A DNA stretch of 64,000 bases from a virus, in the IMG/VR virus record IMGVR_UViG_3300025133_007837, positions 69,840-133,839 of that record; one strand, given 5' to 3'. This document shows, in pieces, positions 8,930 to 17,070 of this stretch. Both the position numbers and the translations under genes were made by a program. A model generated the notes under the pieces. It was not told where the DNA came from. It was given only the letters and a program-made list of their open reading frames with translations, and made no database searches. Position 1 is the first letter of the stretch. Each line of letters opens with the position of its first letter.

Positions 8930-9817
8930 CTAAGAGGTCACTAAGACATCGTCAGATTTGGTGACGGGCTTGCGAGTGAGCTTCGCAAAGAACGCCTTGT
9001 CCTTCGCTGCCTTCGTCAGCTTCTTGAGGATGGTCTCATTGACCTTGCTTGCGTATTCGTACCGGTCGTTTTGCACGGCAGTACGATTCTTACCACTTGT
9101 CAGGTGCTGGGTTGCAGCATTATACAAGTTGTAGAGGTTCCGAGCCTCGTCCTCTTTGTAAGTGGGATTTATCCATATCTTGGAAATCTCCTCACGCAGA
9201 GAGTTGCTCAGTACCTTAGAATCACGTAGATTCTTGAGGATGAAATCCCCGATGGTGTTGTCGATCTTGGTCTCAGCTAAGAGACCGTAGTCTTCACCGA
9301 TTGTATCGAATGCTGTTAGAGCAGAGTCGATAGCCCTAGACACTCCGCTCAGGTCGAGCTTGCTGGAGTGTTTCTGGTTGAAGGTGTACGTCGAGCGTAA
9401 AGCCTTCATGCCGTTGGTGCATACCTCGCGCAACGCTGCCAAGTCCAAGCCTGCGAAACAGGATCGGTCGTAGGAGTTGCGCCCTGTAATACGCATACCG
9501 ACGGTATCGCCTACACCGGGAACAGCGATGTTCTTTCCGGGCAGGTCGTACGTTGCGTACATGGTAGCACCATCACGCGCCACCCTGACTTCCTTGTTAT
9601 AGTCTAAACCTTTGTCGGTTAAGACTGACTCGATAGAGTCAACCAAGGTTGAGTTTAGCAACAAGCCATACTTGTCACTCGTTACACCTAGCACTTGGCC
9701 GGTGTCTGTCCTGCGCGTTCCCCAAAAGCCAGCATCGCTGCCGTCTTGGGTTTGCAGTTGCTCCATAACTACAGGGAAGTCGTAGTTGCCGCTTGTTGGT
9801 CTTGTTGTTCTTGCCAT
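8930..9817 (-). CDS. DUF932/DUF945-like phage protein
   Basis: RTDTGQVLGV...Y, NSYD, R.VCTNGM and NLYNLYNAAT motifs. Confidence 0.75.
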   Translation of the reverse strand: MARTTRPTSGNYDFPVVMEQLQTQDGSDAGFWGTRRTDTGQVLGVTSDKYGLLLNSTLVDSIESVLTDKGLDYNKEVRVARDGATMYATYDLPGKNIAVPGVGDTVGMRITGRNSYDRSCFAGLDLAALREVCTNGMKALRSTYTFNQKHSSKLDLSGVSRAIDSALTAFDTIGEDYGLLAETKIDNTIGDFILKNLRDSKVLSNSLREEISKIWINPTYKEDEARNLYNLYNAATQHLTSGKNRTAVQNDRYEYASKVNETILKKLTKAAKDKAFFAKLTRKPVTKSDDVLVTS

Positions 9818-9855
9818 AACGTCTTTTTATATATTAACAGTTACTGTATTGAAAG

Positions 9856-10068
9856 TCAAGATAATAATTCTTTTATTCGGTTAGCATTTAAAATTCCATC
9901 AAGCTCATGCTCAATTTCTTTAGCCAGCTTAACTTCTGATGGTTCATACAATTCGTGCCACTTGATAATGGCCATGCATTTACCTTTTAGGCCAGCCACC
10001 TTGCAGCGTAAGGATAGGATTTTGTCTTGCGCTTCGTGTAGTTTCTTTAGGTTTTCTAACTCGCTCAT
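9856..10068 (-). CDS. hypothetical coiled-coil protein
   Basis: ORF with its own TTGACT-N17-TATAAT promoter at ~10075-10103. Confidence 0.7.
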   Translation of the reverse strand: MSELENLKKLHEAQDKILSLRCKVAGLKGKCMAIIKWHELYEPSEVKLAKEIEHELDGILNANRIKELLS

Positions 10069-10119
10069 GTCTTAATTATAACAGTAACTTTATTGAAAGT
10101 CAAGCTTTTAAATTTAAAT

Positions 10120-10180
10120 AGTTGGTGTCGATTAACGTCTGCAGCGGCTAACCGAAGGTGAGCTATTCCCGCACCAACTT
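10120..10180 (-). ncRNA. candidate small structured RNA with a dedicated promoter
   Basis: Closing stem AGTTGGTG/CACCAACT; promoter TTGACT(10214)-N17-TATACT(10191-10186) directly upstream; no ORF. Confidence 0.55.
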
Positions 10181-10232
10181 TAATAAGTATAGCACATTCT
10201 GACGCTCAAGTCAAGCCTTAATAGTGATGTCT

Positions 10233-10307
10233 TAAGTCGTTGAGCATCAAGGACTTACGCGCGGGGGGGAGGCCGCGGCCGTAACTCTCTGATTACCAAG
10301 GACTTAC
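10233..10307. repeat. 74-bp bipartite element, copy 2
   Basis: TAAGTCGTTGAGCATCAAGGACTTAC-GCGCGGGGGGGAGGCCGCGGCC-GTAACTCTCTGATTACCAAGGACTTAC. Confidence 0.95.
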
Positions 10308-10312
10308 AAGAC

Positions 10313-10351
10313 AAAAAAAGGGCGAGGGGGGCGAAACAAAACCCCCCTCGC
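10313..10351 (-). terminator. Rho-independent terminator
   Basis: GCGAGGGGGG/CCCCCCTCGC stem followed by a T-tract on the - strand. Confidence 0.75.
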
Positions 10352-10354
10352 ATT

Positions 10355-10439
10355 CCGGGCACGTGTGGCTGTTTCATGAGGCACCTGAACCGTCCACCTG
10401 TATCAGGATCTCCCTGATCACCATGGCCACTGAGCCCGG
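10355..10439 (-). ncRNA. candidate structured RNA motif, copy B
   Basis: GTGGC-CATGGTG-ATCAGG-GAGAT-CCTGAT-AC-AGGTG..TGCCT-CA-TGAAACA-GCCAC on the - strand. Confidence 0.7.
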
Positions 10440-10456
10440 ATGGGTTCAGAAAAGCG

Positions 10457-10891
10457 TCACGCCTTTACGGCGTCCCAGTCGCTTAAGTCTTCAGCCGAAA
10501 TCGAAAGCTCTTCGTGAATGTTGAGTTCCGGCGTACGCATTTTGTGCGTGTACAGTTCTTGCGTGTACGGAATGGAGTCGATGAATTCCTTTGCCCAATC
10601 GACCGCCAAGAAGTCTGCTCCGCCCTTCTTGCCCTTAAAGACTTCGCCGCCGAGGTCTTGGATGCAGCGCGTGCGGTAGATGTCGAGAACAGCTTTGCTG
10701 AAGCGTTTCTCGTCTGTCCAGAATACAGCCAGCTTGTCCGTGCGCCAGTCAAGCTCGCCGTTCGTAGCCATCCAGTTGTAGAAGGCGTAGTAACGTCTCG
10801 TCATCTCCTCTTGGTCGCTGCCCTCCATGCCGATGATCAGGCTGTCCTCGTCGATAACCTGCCGATAGTAGTTTATTTTTTCGCTAAACAT
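10457..10891 (-). CDS. hypothetical protein (GC-rich cassette gene)
   Basis: ORF with an upstream sigma70 promoter at ~10940-10969. Confidence 0.75.
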   Translation of the reverse strand: MFSEKINYYRQVIDEDSLIIGMEGSDQEEMTRRYYAFYNWMATNGELDWRTDKLAVFWTDEKRFSKAVLDIYRTRCIQDLGGEVFKGKKGGADFLAVDWAKEFIDSIPYTQELYTHKMRTPELNIHEELSISAEDLSDWDAVKA

Positions 10892-11077
10892 TTGTTTTTT
10901 AGTTTTTCAATTGCTGCTTTTCCCCAGCAGCGATAAGAGTATTATTGCATATTTTAGAGCTAAAGTCAAGTCTTTTTTTATCTTTTTATATAGTCGTTTA
11001 GCCAGAACACAACAAAAATTGATAGAACGAAAAGTATGATACCCATTTCTTTATAATATAGGAAACTTGACGGGCTG

Positions 11078-11713
11078 TCAATGTTTTTTGTAGTCAATGT
11101 TTTCGACTGTTTCATCCCAACAGGCTCGACAGTCTTTGCAGCTATTGTCTTGCTTTGGTGCTGGGCAGGTAAAACTTTCGTCAGTTTTCGCTCCGCTCGT
11201 GGTCAAGCCTAAACGACTTGCCAAGGCGGTTGGCGGTGCGCCGTCCATCATAATTGCAGACAATCGAATGATAAGATTGTCAGGCTTACGGCCTAGTTTC
11301 ATCCATTCGCTGACAAAGGAGTATTCCCTAGTCGGCAGCCAAAATTTAATGTGAGGCAACCGCCTTGCAACCTCTGCAATCTTTTCGAGATGCCAAACGC
11401 CCTGAACGTCACCAGCATCATGCCAACGAAAAAAGCCAGTCTTTTCCCTTTTCCCGATCATAAAAACCATCATGTCCACCCAATCAATTTGGTCTAATGA
11501 TTTAAGCCGTTTCTTTTGCGCGGCCTTTACGTTAGGAAAAACATAACGTCCTTTGCGAGCGTAGCAAAAAGAACAAATCGAATTGATAACCTCGACCAAC
11601 TTCGAACCCCTGATACAGTCCTCTGCTGGTGTGCTGTAACTAAAGCCGGGCATCTTCGACGGCACGGAAAGTGAACCAACGCGCCCCTCTGCAAGTTTGA
11701 TAGTAAGTCTCAT
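11078..11713 (-). CDS. GP88-like phage protein (Cys-rich, radical-SAM-like fragment)
   Basis: SKMPGFSYSTPA, C..CYA, FRWHDAGD, WLPTRE, CPA...C..CRACW. Confidence 0.75.
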   Translation of the reverse strand: MRLTIKLAEGRVGSLSVPSKMPGFSYSTPAEDCIRGSKLVEVINSICSFCYARKGRYVFPNVKAAQKKRLKSLDQIDWVDMMVFMIGKREKTGFFRWHDAGDVQGVWHLEKIAEVARRLPHIKFWLPTREYSFVSEWMKLGRKPDNLIIRLSAIMMDGAPPTALASRLGLTTSGAKTDESFTCPAPKQDNSCKDCRACWDETVENIDYKKH

Positions 11714-11748
11714 AACGCGAAAGAGTATAGCAGATTAAGCCTCACTTG

Positions 11749-11991
11749 TCAAGCCCATAATTTAGCCCAACCCTCAGGGCTGTATCCGCTGGCTACGAAC
11801 TCCCTATCATCCGCACTTAAAGACTTAAGCGCAACCTGTAGCAGCTCGCCCTGATTCAAGTCCCAAAGCTCATGCCCTAATATTGTCACACTATAGGGCT
11901 TGCCGGTTCCCCGACACGGGCCGGTGAATGTATAGGTTCCCTCTGTGTGGTTCTGCTCGTAAGTGCAGTTTGTATGTATATAACGTCCCAT
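11749..11991 (-). CDS. conserved phage hypothetical protein
   Basis: Q.AL..LSADDREF..SG.SPE.W pattern; own promoter. Confidence 0.7.
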   Translation of the reverse strand: MGRYIHTNCTYEQNHTEGTYTFTGPCRGTGKPYSVTILGHELWDLNQGELLQVALKSLSADDREFVASGYSPEGWAKLWA

Positions 11992-12019
11992 AACGCGAAA
12001 CAGTATACCAGATTAAAGG

Positions 12020-12139
12020 CTACTTGTCAAGCCCTTTTTTTCTATCATATGACCCTTTTCCCCTTTTAGGTTTGTGTACGCGCTCGCCTGTGTTCCACTT
12101 GACGCGCTTTCGAATAATAGGTTTCCTTTTCTCACTCAC
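12020..12139 (-). CDS. small basic peptide with ArfA-like KGKGSYxRK motif, not in the ORF track
   Basis: GTG start; MSEKRKPIIRKRVKWNTGERVHKPKRGKGSYDRKKGLDK; promoter immediately upstream. Confidence 0.6.
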   Translation of the reverse strand: MSEKRKPIIRKRVKWNTGERVHKPKRGKGSYDRKKGLDK

Positions 12140-12192
12140 TTTATTAATAGTAACACAAATTTTGCGACATGTCAAGTATTTTTTTTATGTTA

Positions 12193-12266
12193 TAAGTCGT
12201 TGAGCATCAAGGACTTACGCGCGGGGGGGAGGCCGCGGCCGTAACTCTCTGATTACCAAGGACTTA
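12193..12266. repeat. 74-bp bipartite element, copy 3 (identical to copy 2)
   Basis: Exact match to 10233-10306. Confidence 0.95.
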
Positions 12267-12559
12267 GGACAAGAGAAAACCCCCCACCAAGGAAAACCAA
12301 AAACCTCGGCAGGGGGGTCACGTTATGAGTGAAAAGTATTTAGGAAACCTGTTACATTTTTTGAAGTGCTACTTCTAACTAGGTGCTAACGTAGGTAGTA
12401 TTTAGGTTTCCTAAGTTTCGAGTTGCTGCCGCACCACCAACAGTAAAACGGGCGTGTGAAATCTGGCTGGATTCTAGCACACAGGGGTATTTAACTCCGT
12501 CAACTCTAAATCGTTCTGACTGTCACGCTGCGTTTAAAGCGTAGCGTCAGATTGGGTAG

Positions 12560-12814
12560 CTAGATCGCTACCGTGCTGTTAATTCTATCCCAGCGGAATC
12601 GCTTCCACAATCCAGAATCGGCATCTTTTGCAGCCATGCCAGCGGAATTGTCGTTCTCGCTTCGGTTTGCGAACTGTTCATCCATTTCTACGCGGTAGAA
12701 AAAGGATTTGCTGCTGTCGTTTTCCTGTCCTTCATGGACAGCCGGTGTATAGTTTATTAGGAACTTCTTCATAACTTTGTTTTTTATTTGTTTTTTATTC
12801 TTCTTATTTCTCAC
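12560..12814 (-). CDS. hypothetical protein
   Basis: ORF; start either GTG 12814 or ATG 12772. Confidence 0.65.
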   Translation of the reverse strand: MRNKKNKKQIKNKVMKKFLINYTPAVHEGQENDSSKSFFYRVEMDEQFANRSENDNSAGMAAKDADSGLWKRFRWDRINSTVAI

Positions 12815-12852
12815 TTCCAATAAATTAAGTATACCACAAACTGCACTACAAG

Positions 12853-13203
12853 TCAAGCCTTTTTAACAAATATTTCTTTGTTTTTGATAAAAACCTTCTC
12901 ATAAATACCACGCATCTCATTACCCTTAAGATCAACAAAAAAGTCATTCTTATAAGGGTTGTACTTGACAAGCTCAAACTCCTCGACAGTACCATTGCCA
13001 AAGCTTTGCTTGCTGGCCAAGTCACCAGCGACGTAAGCGTGAACGTTTTTACGTTTGGTCTTCCGTACCTTGGCTAGTCCTGCTGGCTGAACATGGAACT
13101 TCACGTTTTCCAGCGCGACAATATCAGCGTGTTTAATGACTTTGCCTCTATTACGAACCGAGAGGCGTTTCTTATGTAGATTGTAGTAAACCTGTACTCT
13201 CAT
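12853..13203 (-). CDS. conserved phage hypothetical protein (VYYNLHK...RKNVHAYV)
   Basis: Recognisable widespread phage protein pattern; own promoter. Confidence 0.75.
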   Translation of the reverse strand: MRVQVYYNLHKKRLSVRNRGKVIKHADIVALENVKFHVQPAGLAKVRKTKRKNVHAYVAGDLASKQSFGNGTVEEFELVKYNPYKNDFFVDLKGNEMRGIYEKVFIKNKEIFVKKA

Positions 13204-13227
13204 AACTTTTATTAGTATAACACGAAC

Positions 13228-13485
13228 TTAAGCACTTGTCAAGCACTCATGCCAATATTCATTGATCTCTTTTCGGAGTTCGTACTCGTCGAGTCGATTG
13301 CTCCAGCACTCACGCATGAAGTCATCAAAGCCGGGGTCTTTCGTCAACGAGGCAACGATACCTGAGTATCTTTCGTGTTCAGACTCTATGTTATAGAGTT
13401 TAATCATGAGGTCATCACAAAACTCTTCCCAGCTAGTATTTAATATCGATATAATAGATCTTCTTTCCCTAACAACCATAAGCAT
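13228..13485 (-). CDS. hypothetical protein
   Basis: ORF after a TTGACA-N17-TATGAT promoter. Confidence 0.6.
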   Translation of the reverse strand: MLMVVRERRSIISILNTSWEEFCDDLMIKLYNIESEHERYSGIVASLTKDPGFDDFMRECWSNRLDEYELRKEINEYWHECLTSA

Positions 13486-13571
13486 ATCATAGCATAAAAT
13501 ACGAAATATGTCAAGACTAAATACGACAAATATAGATTTTTTTTTCGTTTATAGATTTTTTTTCGTTTGCG

Positions 13572-13645
13572 TAAGTTACTGACTGTCAAGGAGTTACGGG
13601 TGGGGGTGGGGCCGCGAGCCTAAGTCATTGGTAATCAACGACTTA
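13572..13645. repeat. 74-bp bipartite element, copy 4
   Basis: TAAGTTACTGACTGTCAAGGAGTTAC...TAAGTCATTGGTAATCAACGACTTA; arms 49 bp apart. Confidence 0.9.
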
Positions 13646-13805
13646 GGAGATCACTAATTGACCCGAACCCACGATTAAAAGCCACGCGCTCGGTGCGCGC
13701 CTTCCTGACCCGCTGACGCTCCACCTTGGCGGCGGTAGCGTTAGCCCGTTCCCGTTTCCAATTCTCAACATTTTTGAGAATGGTCTCATTAGTATTTTGA
13801 GGCAT
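13635..13805 (-). CDS. small basic hypothetical protein, not in the ORF track
   Basis: 56 aa MPQNTNETILKNVENWKRER...; stop codon lies inside the repeat arm. Confidence 0.55.
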   Translation of the reverse strand: MPQNTNETILKNVENWKRERANATAAKVERQRVRKARTERVAFNRGFGSISDLLSR

Positions 13806-13858
13806 AAATTTAAAAGAGCGTCACGCTGCGTTTAAAGCGTAGCACTCAAAACGACGGC

Positions 13859-14179
13859 TCAAAAGCCATCGTTGTAATCGTCGTAGCAACCGTAGTCCTC
13901 GTCGGTTCCCCAACCCGCGCTGGCCAACGCATCTGCGTCAGCTTCGGCGTCGGAGTTGAAGCCGTCCCAAGGCTCGTCTGCCTCGGAGTCGCCAGACTCC
14001 TCAAATGACCAGACCGTTTCTGTCTCGCCATCACGTTCGCGCATTACGTCGGCGTTGATGCCGTTGGCGAACTCAATCGCGTCCTCAAGCCCGTCATGGC
14101 TCACGTCGAACATACGGAACAAACCGTCCTCATCCTTAACGTAGTAGTGGTTATTCATGTTATTATTTCTCTCACTCAC
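13859..14179 (-). CDS. acidic hypothetical protein (DADALASAGWGTDEDYG motif)
   Basis: Conserved phage C-terminal motif; start GTG 14179 (MSER) or ATG 14158. Confidence 0.75.
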   Translation of the reverse strand: MSERNNNMNNHYYVKDEDGLFRMFDVSHDGLEDAIEFANGINADVMRERDGETETVWSFEESGDSEADEPWDGFNSDAEADADALASAGWGTDEDYGCYDDYNDGF

Positions 14180-14192
14180 TGGTAAAATGGTA

Positions 14193-14390
14193 TCACACTT
14201 TAGGGACAAAGTCAAGCCCTTTTTCAACTTTTTTTTCACTTTTTTTTCGCGGAACAAACGCCTTGCTGACTGGCTCCTCGCGTGGGATAAATGGGTGCTT
14301 TTTCTTTGCGACTTCTGCGAGAGCGTGTGGCGACCACCGCGCTCCGTAAACCTTGGACATTGTTTTTTCGTTGTTCATTCTCTCACTCAC
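14193..14390 (-). CDS. small basic hypothetical protein
   Basis: GTG-AGT-GAG-AGA start after a promoter. Confidence 0.55.
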   Translation of the reverse strand: MSERMNNEKTMSKVYGARWSPHALAEVAKKKHPFIPREEPVSKAFVPRKKSEKKVEKGLDFVPKV

Positions 14391-14454
14391 TGGGAATATG
14401 ATAGCACACTTTGCCGAGGATGTCAACACCTTTTTTCACTTTTTTTTCATGTCG

Positions 14455-14528
14455 TAAGTCGTTGACTATCAGTGACTTGCGCGGCGCAAGGGGGTGGCTA
14501 CCCTAAGTTCCTGATACTCAGAGGCTTA
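14455..14528. repeat. 74-bp bipartite element, copy 5
   Basis: TAAGTCGTTGACTATCAGTGACTTGC...TAAGTTCCTGATACTCAGAGGCTTA. Confidence 0.85.
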
Positions 14529-14542
14529 GCAATAGTAAAATC

Positions 14543-14716
14543 TTATTTCTTACCGAAACAAGTGGGGCAAGACTCAAAAAATTTACACCAACAAACCTCT
14601 TCGGCGTCCTGCGCGAAAACAGCCTCGTCCTGCCATTCATCACACACCGCATCAAACTCTGCCCGCGCTTGCGGATCAGCCTCGAAAACCTCCTCACAAC
14701 TAATCATATCTCTCAT
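14543..14716 (-). CDS. small acidic Cys-rich hypothetical protein
   Basis: Single-gene cassette between copies 5 and 6; MRD start. Confidence 0.6.
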   Translation of the reverse strand: MRDMISCEEVFEADPQARAEFDAVCDEWQDEAVFAQDAEEVCWCKFFESCPTCFGKK

Positions 14717-14782
14717 AACAGAAAACAGTATAACACAAACGACGAGAATGTCAACACTTTTTTTACTTTTTTTTTCATAGCG

Positions 14783-14857
14783 TAAGTTGTTTACCATCAA
14801 GGAGTTACACGCGGCATAGGGGCCGCGGCCCTAACTTGTTCTGGATCAGTTACTTAC
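14783..14857. repeat. 74-bp bipartite element, copy 6
   Basis: TAAGTTGTTTACCATCAAGGAGTTAC...GGCCGCGGCC-CTAACTTGTTCTGGATCAGTTACTTAC. Confidence 0.85.
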
Positions 14858-14863
14858 AACTCA

Positions 14864-15133
14864 TCAGAAAAGATCGAAGTTGAACGGGACGAGAAGAGCT
14901 TTATCGAACCAAGTTTGTGGGACGACTTTACACTCTACATCTTCAAGCCATGCGTTCGTGTGGCGCGATGTCGTTTGGCTGAATTTGTCTTCGCAACGGT
15001 AGTATGTCGTGCCAATCTTGGCAGCAACAGGCGTTCCGTAAGAGAAGAAAAAAACAGCGTGTTTTGCTCTGTCCGATAGTCTATCATTGAAGTGGACTTC
15101 GGTTTGGTTTGTTGCTATTAGTTTTAGTCTCAT
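14864..15133 (-). CDS. conserved phage hypothetical protein (FFSYGTPVAA...SQTTSRH)
   Basis: Widespread early phage protein pattern. Confidence 0.75.
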   Translation of the reverse strand: MRLKLIATNQTEVHFNDRLSDRAKHAVFFFSYGTPVAAKIGTTYYRCEDKFSQTTSRHTNAWLEDVECKVVPQTWFDKALLVPFNFDLF

Positions 15134-15176
15134 TAGATAAAGTATAACAGTTTATTGTTTAAAAGTCAAGCGTTTT

Positions 15177-15356
15177 TTAGGTTTCGTGACAGTCGCACTC
15201 TTCGCAAATGACGCCCCAGTCGTATGGGTTGCCCCATTCTCGGACTTCGTTTTCTTTGCTGTCTTCTGCTTCGCATAGATCGCAAGTCAGCACCTTACCC
15301 GTGAAGCGGTCAAGTGTTTGCCCTGCTTCGTTTGTTTTGTATATCTTCTTTTCCAT
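15177..15356 (-). CDS. small zinc-finger-like protein
   Basis: CDLC...CEEC. Confidence 0.6.
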   Translation of the reverse strand: MEKKIYKTNEAGQTLDRFTGKVLTCDLCEAEDSKENEVREWGNPYDWGVICEECDCHET

Positions 15357-15357
15357 T

Positions 15358-15633
15358 TTAGTAATTATCTTTGTGAAATCTACCCTTGGGCGATCTATCC
15401 TCAAAGCACTTGGTTATCTCAACGACTTGGAGAATGTCTCCGTATTTTGTCGTGTTGTTAACTTTTTGTTCAAGGAACTGGTCAGTCATCTCCTGCTTGG
15501 TTGTACCAAGCGGGAAAGTGTTACCCATAATTGAATCACAGGTGGCAAGGTAATGATTGCCCGTGTAGTTAGGGTTTCGCTTCACCTTAAAGGTGGCATT
15601 CAGGAAGTTTATGTATTCTTTATTATCTCTCAT
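15358..15633 (-). CDS. hypothetical protein (ends RSPKGRF)
   Basis: MRD start after a promoter. Confidence 0.65.
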   Translation of the reverse strand: MRDNKEYINFLNATFKVKRNPNYTGNHYLATCDSIMGNTFPLGTTKQEMTDQFLEQKVNNTTKYGDILQVVEITKCFEDRSPKGRFHKDNY

Positions 15634-15686
15634 AACGCAATTAGTATAGCAGATTTTCGGTAAAAGTCAAGCTTTATTTCACTTTT

Positions 15687-15872
15687 TTATTCGCATTCGT
15701 GGCATTGGAACCAATCGGTGTCAGTCCATTCATTGGCCTCTTCGCGGCTAATGCGAAGCTCTTCGCCGCATCCGCAGCAGGACACCAGCACCTTGTCGGT
15801 GGTCACTTGGCCATTGTCGATTGGGTGAACTATTTCGTTAGTATTCATATTCATTGTATTTCTCTCACTCAC
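15687..15872 (-). CDS. small zinc-finger-like protein
   Basis: CCGC...CHEC; MSER start. Confidence 0.6.
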   Translation of the reverse strand: MSERNTMNMNTNEIVHPIDNGQVTTDKVLVSCCGCGEELRISREEANEWTDTDWFQCHECE

Positions 15873-15946
15873 TGGATATAGCTTACCAGAAAAATCGGTA
15901 AAAGTCAAGCACTATTTTCACTTTTTTTTACTTTTTTTTATTACTG

Positions 15947-16021
15947 TAAGTTACTGATAATCAAGGACTTACGAGCGCCGGAAGGGCCGCGGCCGTAACT
16001 TATTGATTACCAAGCAATTAC
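15947..16021. repeat. 74-bp bipartite element, copy 7
   Basis: TAAGTTACTGATAATCAAGGACTTAC...GGCCGCGGCC-GTAACTTATTGATTACCAAGCAATTAC; overlaps the stop of the 16007 ORF. Confidence 0.9.
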
Positions 16022-16318
16022 AACTCTAAAGAAACACTTTTCTGGCGGCAACTCTTTCCAAGTCCAGTAAGGCGAAGTCATCGACATTTTGTAAGTTCCG
16101 AGATGGACTAAATCTTTCCATTTTCTTAAATCTTCAGAATATTGCAATTTATACATTATAAATGGTTCAAGATTCGTTAATTCAAAATAGATACCGCTTT
16201 CTAAACCATAAGCATTACCATTTGGCAAAACCTTTTGTTGAACAGGAACAATCTTTAAAGTCGGGTTAGCATTTAAGCTAACAGAGAATAAGAATAGAAA
16301 AAGGATAATTTTTTTCAT
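16007..16318 (-). CDS. secreted hypothetical protein
   Basis: Signal peptide; YKLQYSEDLRKW...FFRV pattern. Confidence 0.7.
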   Translation of the reverse strand: MKKIILFLFLFSVSLNANPTLKIVPVQQKVLPNGNAYGLESGIYFELTNLEPFIMYKLQYSEDLRKWKDLVHLGTYKMSMTSPYWTWKELPPEKCFFRVVIAW

Positions 16319-16819
16319 TTAGAGTTTATAGAATGCGTGTTGACCAATCACCTTAACGGGCTTCTGTCCCTTGGCCCAGTAAGGCTTCTTTTTCATCCAT
16401 GTGGCATGGTAGTGGTTAGCATAGCCAACATAGTCACGGCTCAACAGCTTAACACTCTTGGCCAAGCGTAGTGCGTACTTGGCTTGCGGTGTCTTGAGTA
16501 GATGCTCAAGGCTCTTGATGCTCTTGCCATTCCAGCAACTGAATTGCCATTTGGCACGGCATACCTGCTCTGGTGTCTGGTGTCGCTCCATTGCTCGCTG
16601 TGCTATAACAGCAGCCACGGCATACATGCCCTTGTTGCCTTCGCCTCTAGCTTCTGCCAGTATGGTGATGGCTACTACCTTATGCTCTTGCGTATGCTCT
16701 TGCCCTGCTACCTTGCATATGGTAGCCATGCCCCATAGTACAGCAAGCACGATGAGTAGCTTCTCTACTGTATAGTTTTGATGTCCGTATTTCATTAGGT
16801 TTGGTTTCTTGTATTTCAT
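16319..16819 (-). CDS. SleB-like cell wall hydrolase (Hydrolase_2)
   Basis: AEARGEG..GM.AVA.VI..R, QFSCWN, ANHYH, P.WA, IGQH.FY; N-terminal TM segment. Confidence 0.88.
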   Translation of the reverse strand: MKYKKPNLMKYGHQNYTVEKLLIVLAVLWGMATICKVAGQEHTQEHKVVAITILAEARGEGNKGMYAVAAVIAQRAMERHQTPEQVCRAKWQFSCWNGKSIKSLEHLLKTPQAKYALRLAKSVKLLSRDYVGYANHYHATWMKKKPYWAKGQKPVKVIGQHAFYKL

Positions 16820-16824
16820 TTGAC

Positions 16825-17016
16825 TTAACTCCAATTCCATTCTGGTGCGTTTCCTTTGTATGGCTTACTCAAGCGGATTGCTTCGAGTGCCTCATTAACC
16901 AGACGCTTATGGTTGCGTGCTTGTGTTTGTGCTGCCTCAAGACGCTTGAGCGCGTCAGGCTTGGGCTTACTTATCATCTTTCTGGCCATTTGGTATGCTG
17001 TCATTCTCTCACTCAC
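16825..17016 (-). CDS. hypothetical protein
   Basis: MSER start after a promoter. Confidence 0.6.
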   Translation of the reverse strand: MSERMTAYQMARKMISKPKPDALKRLEAAQTQARNHKRLVNEALEAIRLSKPYKGNAPEWNWS

Positions 17017-17070
17017 TTGTTATATGGTATCAGATTTTAGGCTAAAAGTCAAGCTTTATTTTCATCTTTT

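Noticed and set aside
13531-13568. ~19-bp tandem duplication TATAGATTTTTTTTCGTT
   Set aside because: A local slippage duplication in T-rich DNA upstream of a promoter; no evidence of separate function.
14157-14800. ORF-track extensions and + strand ORFs across promoters and repeats (14157+, 14472+, N-terminal extensions of 13859, 14543, 17071, 17458)
   Set aside because: They run through -35/-10 boxes and repeat elements; the real starts are most likely just downstream of the -10.
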